From NCBI GenBank assembly GCA_046734695.1, contig JBKPRS010000222.1, forward strand, positions 1 through 40,323: a stretch of 40,323 bases of DNA, in the 5' to 3' direction. The stretch comes from Actinomycetota bacterium. GTDB taxonomy: Bacteria; Actinomycetota; Acidimicrobiia; Acidimicrobiales; VFJN01. Positions 34,000 to 40,323 of this stretch are shown here, one piece after another. The notes beneath the pieces were generated by a model that was not told the DNA's origin, searched no databases, and was given only the letters and a program-made list of their open reading frames with translations. Each line of letters opens with the position of its first letter. The first letter of the stretch is position 1. Both the position numbers and the translations under genes were made by a program.

Positions 34000-34305
34000 T
34001 CAGGCGCCGCCCGACACGGCGGGGATGATGGCGACCTCGTCGCCCGCTGCGAGCGGCGTTGCCTGCTCGCCCAGGTCGCGGACGTTCTCGGTGCCCAGGA
34101 ACACGTTGACGTGGCGGCGCAGGCGCCGCTGCTCGTCGCGCACCCGGCGCTCCAGGTCGGGCAGGGTCGTGGCCAGGTGGTCGAGCAGCGCGCCCACCGT
34201 GGGGGCGTCGCCCAGCGCGGCCACGTCGACGTCGACGACCGGCCGGCCCCCGGTGTAGCCCCGGAGGCTGGCGGGCACCCGTACCTGCAGCGCCGCGGCG
34301 GTCAC
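34000..34305 (-). CDS. MoaD/ThiS-family ubiquitin-like small protein ending in -GGA
   Basis: 101 aa from the GTG at 34305, which overlaps the upstream stop (GTGA). The sequence is VRVPASLRGYTGGRPVVDVD...VNVFLGTENVRDLGEQATPLAAGDEVAIIPAVSGGA*. This is the 3' part of track ORF 34000..35427. Confidence 0.8.
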   Translation of the reverse strand: MTAAALQVRVPASLRGYTGGRPVVDVDVAALGDAPTVGALLDHLATTLPDLERRVRDEQRRLRRHVNVFLGTENVRDLGEQATPLAAGDEVAIIPAVSGGA

Positions 34306-35387
34306 GGCACCTGGGCGGCCCGCAGGCTCAGGATGTCGGGCAGGTAGCGGGCCACCGACCCCCACGTCTCGCCCTCGTCGGCGCTGCCGAACACGTCGCC
34401 GCCCCGGGTCCCGAAGTACACGCCCGCCGGCGTGGCATCGTCGGCGCAGAGGGCATCGCGCAGGACCGTGGCGTACGCCGGCTCCTCGGGCAGCCCGGCG
34501 TCGAGGGCGTGCCACGAGTCGCCGCCGTCGGTGGTGCGGTACACCCTCAGCCGGTCCTCGGGCGGCATCCGGTGGGCGTCGGCCACCAGCGGGAAGGCGT
34601 AGGCCGTGCCCGGGGTGTGAGGGTGGGCGACCATGGGGAAACCGAACGTGGCCGGCAGGCCGTTCTCGGCCGCCTCCCAGTGCCCACCACCGTCGTGGCT
34701 GCGGTACACGCCGCCGTGGTTCTGGAGGAACATCTCCTCCGGCTCGGCCGGGTTGCGGGCGATCTTGTGGACGCACTGGCCGAACTCGGGGAACGGGTCG
34801 GGCTGGTGCAGGGCCTGGATCCCCGCGTTGGATGCCTGCCACGACTTGCCGCCGTCCTCGGTGCGGTAGGCGCCGGCGGCGGACACGGCCACCAGCACGC
34901 GGTCGGCGTCGGTGGGGTGGGGGACGACGGTGTGGAGGCACAGGCCGCCACCGCCGGGCTGCCATTGCGGGCGGTGCGGGTGGTCCCACAGGCCCTCCAC
35001 CAGCGAGAAGCTGTCGCCCCGGTCGTCGGAGCGGAACAGCGCCGCGGGCTCGACCCCGGCGTACACGACGTCGGGCTGGTCCGGCCCCGCGGGCTGGAGC
35101 TGCCAGGCGCGGGTCAGCGCCGCTCCGGTCTCGACCGGGAAGCGCAGGGCGCCGCCTTCGCGCTCGTCCCAGGTGGCACCGAGGTCGTCGGAGTGGAACA
35201 CCGACGGTCCCCAGTGCTCGCTGTCCGCTCCCACCAGCAGCCGGGGCGTCTCCCGGCGGGTGTCCACGGCCACCGCGTACACGGCGTTCATGGGGAACGC
35301 CGGTCCTTCGATGGCCCAACCGGCCCGGTCCTCGCTGCGTGCCAGGAAAAGGCCCTTGCGGGTGCCGATCATCAGCAGCGTCGTCAT
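34302..35387 (-). CDS. BNR/Asp-box repeat beta-propeller protein (sialidase-superfamily-like, no signal peptide)
   Basis: 361-aa ORF with six Asp-box-like motifs: HSDDLGATW, RSDDRGDSF, RTEDGGKSW, RSHDGGGHW, RTTDGGDSW and GSADEGETW. Its ATG at 35387 overlaps the MATE stop (ATGA). Confidence 0.85.
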   Translation of the reverse strand: MTTLLMIGTRKGLFLARSEDRAGWAIEGPAFPMNAVYAVAVDTRRETPRLLVGADSEHWGPSVFHSDDLGATWDEREGGALRFPVETGAALTRAWQLQPAGPDQPDVVYAGVEPAALFRSDDRGDSFSLVEGLWDHPHRPQWQPGGGGLCLHTVVPHPTDADRVLVAVSAAGAYRTEDGGKSWQASNAGIQALHQPDPFPEFGQCVHKIARNPAEPEEMFLQNHGGVYRSHDGGGHWEAAENGLPATFGFPMVAHPHTPGTAYAFPLVADAHRMPPEDRLRVYRTTDGGDSWHALDAGLPEEPAYATVLRDALCADDATPAGVYFGTRGGDVFGSADEGETWGSVARYLPDILSLRAAQVP

Positions 35388-36733
35388 CGCCGTGAGGGTA
35401 GACCCCCGAGCACGACCCAGCGGTCACCCGCGAACCGGGCCCCGAGGGCGACGGCGCGGGACCCCATCAGCAGCCCGATGCAGGCCCACAGCCAGCCGAT
35501 CCCCAGGCCCAGCACGGCCACGGCCACCGCCGAGGGGACGAAGACGATCGCCGCGCCCACCATGGCCCGGGCCAGGAACGCCATGTCGCCGGCCCCGATG
35601 AGGATGCCGTCGAGCACGAACACGAGACCGTTGAGCGGCTGCAGCACGGCCACCCACACCAGCAGGAAGCTCGCCACCTCGATCACCGCGGGGTCGTCGC
35701 TGAAGACGTGGGGGAGCAGCGTGCGGGTCGCCAGCACCGCGATCCCCGCGGCCGCGCCCAGCGCCACGCCCCACTCGATCATGCGCCGGCCCGCACCCCG
35801 CGCCGAGCCCGCGTCCCCGCCGCCCAGCGCCCGGCCCACCATGGCCTGGCCGGCGATGGCCACCGCGTCGAGGCCGAAGGCGAGGAAGTTCCACAGCCCG
35901 AAGGCCACCTCGTGGGCGGCCAGGGACGTGGTGCCGAGGCGGGCGGCAACGGCGGTGGACACCGCCAGGGCCACCCGCAGCGCCACGGTGCGGACCAGGA
36001 GGTCGGCGCCCATCCGGCTGAGCCGGCCGATGCTGGCGGGGTGGGGGCGGACCTCCACGTGCAATGCCCGCGCGGTCCGGGCGATGAGGCGGATGTAGAC
36101 GGCCGCGGCCAGGCACTGCGCCACCACCGTGGACAGGGCCGACGCGCCGATGCCCTGGTCGAGCCCGTAGATGAGGACGACCTCGAGCACCAGGTTCAGG
36201 ACCGCGGTGCCCGCGGCCACGACGAGAGTGGTCCGGGTGTCCTGGAGGCCGCGCAGGTAGCCCGTGCCCGCCAGCACGGCCAGCATGGCGGGCACGCCGA
36301 ACAGGCTGATGCGGAGGAAGACCAGCGCGTTGTCCGCCACCGCGCCCTCGGCGCCGAACAGGGCCACCAGCGGGGTCGCCAGGGCGAGGCCCACCACGAC
36401 GATCCCCACGCCGATCGTCCCCGCCAGCCACAGGGACTGCACGGCCTGGTGGGCGGCTTCGGCCTCGTCGCCCGCACCCAGCAGCCGGCTGACGGTGGCG
36501 GTCGTACCGTAGGCGAGGAAGATGAAGACCGCGAACAGCGTGAGCAGGATCGACATGGCCACGGCCAGCCCGCCGAGCTGGGGAGTGCCCAGGTGGCCGA
36601 CGATGGCGGTGTCGGTCAGCAGGTAGATCGGCTCGGCGATCAGCGCGCCGAACGCGGGGATCGCCAGCCGGGCGATCTCCCGGTCGTATCGGCTGCGGCC
36701 GAACACAGCCAGAGGCGTACGCTTGCCGTCCAT
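35384..36733 (-). CDS. MATE family efflux transporter (DinF-like)
   Basis: The ORF has about 12 TM helices and the N-terminal pattern [33 protein letters not shown]. Start options are GTG 36757, ATG 36733 and GTG 36706. Confidence 0.85.
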   Translation of the reverse strand: MDGKRTPLAVFGRSRYDREIARLAIPAFGALIAEPIYLLTDTAIVGHLGTPQLGGLAVAMSILLTLFAVFIFLAYGTTATVSRLLGAGDEAEAAHQAVQSLWLAGTIGVGIVVVGLALATPLVALFGAEGAVADNALVFLRISLFGVPAMLAVLAGTGYLRGLQDTRTTLVVAAGTAVLNLVLEVVLIYGLDQGIGASALSTVVAQCLAAAVYIRLIARTARALHVEVRPHPASIGRLSRMGADLLVRTVALRVALAVSTAVAARLGTTSLAAHEVAFGLWNFLAFGLDAVAIAGQAMVGRALGGGDAGSARGAGRRMIEWGVALGAAAGIAVLATRTLLPHVFSDDPAVIEVASFLLVWVAVLQPLNGLVFVLDGILIGAGDMAFLARAMVGAAIVFVPSAVAVAVLGLGIGWLWACIGLLMGSRAVALGARFAGDRWVVLGGLPSRR

Positions 36734-38444
36734 GCCAGAGCCGTCATACCCCAGCACCAGCGAGACCGCCGTCGATATAAAGATCCGCAGCCGGGACGTG
36801 ACCGACGGCTACGAACGGGCCCCGGCCCGGGCCATGCTCCGCGCCATCGGCATGACCGACGACGACTGGGGCAAGGCGCAGGTGGGCGTGTGCTCGTCGT
36901 GGAACGAGGTCACGCCGTGCAACCTGCCGCTGGACCGGCTGGCCAAGCGGTGCAAGGAGGGCGTGCGGGCCTCCGGCGCCTTCCCGATCGAGTTCACGAC
37001 CGTGTCGGTCAGCGACGGCATCTCCATGGGCCACGAGGGCATGCGGGCCTCGCTGGTGTCGCGCGAGGTCATCGCCGACTCGGTGGAGACCGTCATGCAC
37101 GCCGAGCGTCTCGACGGCCTGGTCACCTTCGCCGGGTGCGACAAGTCGCTGCCGGGCATGCTCATGGCCGCGGCGCGCATCAACGTGCCCAGCGTGTTCC
37201 TCTACGGCGGCTCGATCCTGCCGGGCCACCACAACGGCGAGGCGCTCGACATCGTGAGCGTGTTCGAGGCGGTCGGCGCCCATGCTGCCGGCACGCTCGA
37301 CGACGCCGGGCTCGACGCCATCGAGCGCAACGCCTGTCCCACCGAGGGCTCGTGCGCTGGCATGTTCACCGCCAACACCATGGCGTCGGTGGCCGAGGCC
37401 ATCGGCATGTCGCTGCCCGGCTCGGCATCGGCCCCGGCGGTGGACCGCCGCCGCGACGATTACGCCTACGCCTCGGGCCAGGCCGTCGTCGAGCTGCTGC
37501 GCCAGGGCATCCGGCCCCGCCAGATCATGACCAAGGAGGCGTTCGAGAACGCCATCGCCGTGGTCATGGCCCTCGGCGGCTCCACCAACGCGGTGCTGCA
37601 CCTGCTGGCCATCGCGGCCGAGGCCCGGGTCGAGCTGGCGCTGGACGACTTCAACCGGGTCGCGGCCCGGGTGCCCCACATCGCCGACACCAAGCCCGCC
37701 GGCAAGTACCACATGACCGACGTCGACCGCATCGGCGGCGTCCCGGTGGTCATGCGCCACCTGCTGGACGCCGGCCTGCTGCACGGCGACTGCCTGACCG
37801 TCACCGGCCGCACGATGGCCGAGAACCTGGCCGAGATCGACCCGCCGGAGCCCGACGGCGACGTGATCCATCCGCTCGACCGGCCCATCCACGCCCTCGG
37901 CGGCATCGCGGTGCTGACCGGCTCGCTGGCCCCCAAGGGCGGAGTGGTCAAGGTGGCGGGCATCAGCTTCGACCGCTTCGAGGGCACGGCCCGGGTGTTC
38001 GACGGCGAGGACGGCGCCATGGAGGCGATCCTGGCCGGCTCCATCGAGCCCGGCACCGTCGTGGTCATCCGCTACGAGGGGCCCAAGGGCGGCCCCGGCA
38101 TGCGGGAGATGCTGGCCGTGACCGGGGCCATGAAGGGCGCGGGCCGCGGCGGCGACTGCGCGCTGGTCACCGACGGTCGCTTCTCGGGCGGCACCCACGG
38201 GTTCTGCATCGGCCACGTGGCCCCCGAGGCCGTGGACGGCGGGCCGATCGCGTTCGTCGCCGACGGCGACCGCATCGTCATCGACGTGAACGCCAAGACG
38301 ATCGACCTCGACGTGGACGAGGCGACGCTGGCCCGCCGGCGCGGCGAGTGGAAGCTGCCCGCGCCCCGCTACACGAGCGGCGTGCTGGCCAAGTACGCCC
38401 GCCTGGCTGCGGGGGCCGAGCGGGGTGCCATCACCGAGGCGTGA
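36732..38444 (+). CDS. ilvD: Dihydroxy-acid dehydratase
   Basis: Motifs are [65 protein letters not shown] and [21 protein letters not shown]. The track start is TTG 36723. The ATG is at 36732. Confidence 0.95.
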   Translation: MPEPSYPSTSETAVDIKIRSRDVTDGYERAPARAMLRAIGMTDDDWGKAQVGVCSSWNEVTPCNLPLDRLAKRCKEGVRASGAFPIEFTTVSVSDGISMGHEGMRASLVSREVIADSVETVMHAERLDGLVTFAGCDKSLPGMLMAAARINVPSVFLYGGSILPGHHNGEALDIVSVFEAVGAHAAGTLDDAGLDAIERNACPTEGSCAGMFTANTMASVAEAIGMSLPGSASAPAVDRRRDDYAYASGQAVVELLRQGIRPRQIMTKEAFENAIAVVMALGGSTNAVLHLLAIAAEARVELALDDFNRVAARVPHIADTKPAGKYHMTDVDRIGGVPVVMRHLLDAGLLHGDCLTVTGRTMAENLAEIDPPEPDGDVIHPLDRPIHALGGIAVLTGSLAPKGGVVKVAGISFDRFEGTARVFDGEDGAMEAILAGSIEPGTVVVIRYEGPKGGPGMREMLAVTGAMKGAGRGGDCALVTDGRFSGGTHGFCIGHVAPEAVDGGPIAFVADGDRIVIDVNAKTIDLDVDEATLARRRGEWKLPAPRYTSGVLAKYARLAAGAERGAITEA

Positions 38445-38832
38445 GCGCCCCGGCCAGGCGGCGCACGAAGTGCTCCCAGCCCACGCCGTGCTTGGCGACC
38501 TCCTCCGGCGGGAGGTCGCGGTGCACGAGCTGGACGACGGTGCCGTCGCCGTCGGGCGCCAGCGTGATCTCGACCGTGGACGACCCGGCCGGGATCACGT
38601 CGTTCCCGGGCACGCCCCAGCTGAACACGACCCGGTTCGGCGGCTCGACCACCCGGTACTCGCCGCGCACCGGGGTGCCGTCGATGTCGACGGCGAACGC
38701 CCCGCCCGGCTCGGCGGCGAGGTCGGCCCAGTCGCCCATCCAGCGCACCATCAGCGACGCGTCGGTGAGGTAGGGGAACACTTCATCCGGTTTGGCCTCG
38801 ATGCGGATCGAGGTCGTGTACTGGTCGGTCAC
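38431..38832 (-). CDS. SRPBCC/AHSA1-like (START fold) protein
   Basis: 133 aa from the GTG at 38832, which overlaps the ArsR stop (GTGA). The sequence is [26 protein letters not shown]...VVFSWG...[24 protein letters not shown]. Its 3' end overlaps ilvD by 14 nt (convergent). Confidence 0.85.
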   Translation of the reverse strand: MTDQYTTSIRIEAKPDEVFPYLTDASLMVRWMGDWADLAAEPGGAFAVDIDGTPVRGEYRVVEPPNRVVFSWGVPGNDVIPAGSSTVEITLAPDGDGTVVQLVHRDLPPEEVAKHGVGWEHFVRRLAGALTPR

Positions 38833-39137
38833 CGGCCCTGCTCCTTCTCGACCGCGTCCTTGAGCCGCTGCAGCGACGCCGGCCACAGCTCGTCGAGGAA
38901 GTCCCGCACCTGGTCGAGCGCCTCCGGGCGCAGGGCGTAGAGGCGGCGGGTGCCCTCGCGGCGCTCGCGCAGCACCCCCGCGTCCTTCAGGACCCGGAGG
39001 TGCTGGGAGACCGCCTGCGGCGTGATGTCGAACTGCCGGGCGATCTCGCCCGCGGGCAGCTCGCGGTCCCGCACCACCGCCAGGATCCGGCGGCGTTGGG
39101 GCTCGGCCAGAGCGTGCAGGACCGCGTCCGTACTCAA
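38829..39137 (-). CDS. ArsR/SmtB-family transcriptional regulator
   Basis: 102 aa from the TTG at 39137 (TTGA overlap with the upstream stop). The HTH region reads VLHALAEPQRRRILAVVRDRELPAGEIARQFDITPQAVSQHLRVLKDAGVLRERREGTRRLY. Confidence 0.85.
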   Translation of the reverse strand: MSTDAVLHALAEPQRRRILAVVRDRELPAGEIARQFDITPQAVSQHLRVLKDAGVLRERREGTRRLYALRPEALDQVRDFLDELWPASLQRLKDAVEKEQGR

Positions 39138-39706
39138 GGGGTGCGGCCCATGAAGGCGACGAGCCGGTCGATCGCCGAGGCGGACGCCCCATCCGGGGCG
39201 GGGACCTCGGGCCCGATGCGGGGGGCACGGGTGTCGTCGCTGATCGTCTGGCGAGCGAAGCCGAGGATCTCGCCGGCCAGCGCGTCGTCGAAGCCCACGG
39301 TCTGGCCGGTGGCCCGGGCCAGGTCCCAGCCGTGCACGAGGACGTCGACCGCGGTGAACCCCGCGACCATCGCGCCCGGCATCTCGCCGAACGGTGTCGC
39401 ATGCGCCCGGTCCACGGCATCGCCGGTGGCCGCGGCGAGCAGGGACTCCATGCCGACACGGTAGGCCTTGGCCGGGTCGTCGCCGGCCAGGTCGGCGCTC
39501 GGCACCTCCCCGGGGCCGGCGTCGGTCTCGGGGGCCGTGTCGGAGAACAGGGCCCGGCCCAGCTCCAGCGTCGCGAGCAGGTGATTGACCAGGTCGTGGA
39601 CGTCCCACCCCGTGCACGGGGTGCGATTGGCGTAGTCGGCCGGCGTCACCTGCTCGACGATGGGCTCAGTGGCGGCGCAGGCCCGTTGCAGCATGTATGC
39701 ATCCAT
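39134..39706 (-). CDS. DinB/MDMPI-like metal-binding protein (mycothiol-dependent maleylpyruvate isomerase N-terminal domain family)
   Basis: 190-aa ORF with the pattern TPCTGWDVHDLVNHLL...VDVLVHGWDLARATG. Confidence 0.8.
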   Translation of the reverse strand: MDAYMLQRACAATEPIVEQVTPADYANRTPCTGWDVHDLVNHLLATLELGRALFSDTAPETDAGPGEVPSADLAGDDPAKAYRVGMESLLAAATGDAVDRAHATPFGEMPGAMVAGFTAVDVLVHGWDLARATGQTVGFDDALAGEILGFARQTISDDTRAPRIGPEVPAPDGASASAIDRLVAFMGRTP

Positions 39707-39753
39707 GCGCTTACTAAAGCCGTAGCTTGTTAAAGCGTCAAGCGAAACTTAGA
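39707..39753 (-). promoter_or_regulatory. Candidate sigma-70-type promoter with leaderless geometry
   Basis: On the minus strand the layout is TTGACG (39741-39736), a 17-nt spacer, TTTAGT (39718-39713), 6 nt, then the ATG at 39706. The gap is AT-rich. Confidence 0.4.
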
Positions 39754-40323
39754 TCAGAGGAACGCCAGGGCCGGAAGGGCGTCGACGACCGCCGCGGCCA
39801 GGCCCGTATCCCCGGTCGCCTGGTACTCGCGGGTACCGCCCGCGGGCCGGTTGCTGACCGCGCGGCAGAAGGCCAGGCTGTCCATGGCGATCTCGGTGTC
39901 GACCTCCGCGTCGCTCGCCGGCCGGACGCCGCCGATCGTGCCGAGGTCGATGTCCCACGCCGCGTCAGGCCCGAGGTCCTCGAACCGGATGCGCACCACC
40001 CGGCCGGGATGGTGCACCTCCCGGGCGGCCAGCAACGCGGGCACGAAGCCGCAGGCGGCCGAGGTCATGGTGTGCAGCGACTGCTCCGGCGGCGCCACCA
40101 TGGGGCGGCCGGCGGCCCGGCGCACGTCCTCGGCGTGGGTCCAGGTCTCGAACGCCCGCACCAGCAGGGCGACCCGGATCGCCGTCGGCCCGTCCCACCA
40201 CTCGACCCGCTCGTCGAGGCGGGCCTCGCCCCGGGCCTGCACCTCGGCGTCGACCGCCTCGGCCGCCGCCTCCAGCTCGCCCACCGCGGCGGCGGGCGGC
40301 AGCTCGCGGTGGCGAGCCTGGGC
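39754..40323 (-). CDS. Maleylpyruvate isomerase family mycothiol-dependent enzyme-like protein (partial, N-terminus beyond the window)
   Basis: The frame is open to the window edge (…AQARHRELPPAAAVGELEAAAE…). It contains ETWTHAEDVRRAAGRP and a C-terminal domain, IRFEDLGPDAAWDIDLG. The track start at 40284 is probably internal. Confidence 0.75.
   Translation of the reverse strand, partial: AQARHRELPPAAAVGELEAAAEAVDAEVQARGEARLDERVEWWDGPTAIRVALLVRAFETWTHAEDVRRAAGRPMVAPPEQSLHTMTSAACGFVPALLAAREVHHPGRVVRIRFEDLGPDAAWDIDLGTIGGVRPASDAEVDTEIAMDSLAFCRAVSNRPAGGTREYQATGDTGLAAAVVDALPALAFL

Noticed and set aside
35708-38773. A 1021-aa plus-strand ORF running through the MATE and ilvD region in another frame
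   Set aside because: It is Arg/Gly/His-rich nonsense. It overlaps the unmistakable ilvD frame (CDKSLPGM..., [13 protein letters not shown]) and the antisense of the MATE gene.

Overview
The sequence is very GC-rich (roughly 70% G+C by eye, not computed) and looks actinobacterial. Genes are tightly packed, with many 4-nt start/stop overlaps (ATGA, GTGA, TTGA). Positions 1 to about 30.8 kb form one large surface or extracellular polysaccharide biosynthesis locus of the Wzx/Wzy-dependent type. It encodes an SDR epimerase, three GT2, two GT4 and one GT26 glycosyltransferases, a Wzx-like flippase, a Wzz-like co-polymerase and a Wzy/O-antigen-ligase-like polymerase. It also encodes an acyltransferase-3, a NodB-type deacetylase, an AlgD-like GDP-mannose 6-dehydrogenase, a priming polyprenyl-phosphate sugar transferase and an orphan OmpR-type response regulator. 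Embedded in the locus are three less usual components. One is a carrier protein + PLP decarboxylase + AMP-ligase + GNAT cassette, reminiscent of Dlt and of exosortase-A-associated cassettes. The second is a 1323-aa secreted sugar-dehydrogenase/PKD/5xPA14 protein. The third is a secreted beta-helix protein. The remaining ~9.5 kb is mostly housekeeping or accessory: gatB, a LemA pair plus a decayed paralog, a coupled MATE/BNR-propeller/MoaD-like triad, ilvD, and an ArsR/SRPBCC/DinB-like operon. The most striking signal not explained by genes is a cis element. All four main promoter gaps of the polysaccharide locus carry arrays of 3-5 YTCAG units phased almost entirely at 11 bp, each oriented toward the downstream operon. 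I saw no rRNA, tRNA, CRISPR array, transposase or integrase. All homology statements rest on motif recognition by eye and no searches were run. Start codons are often uncertain in this GC-rich DNA.
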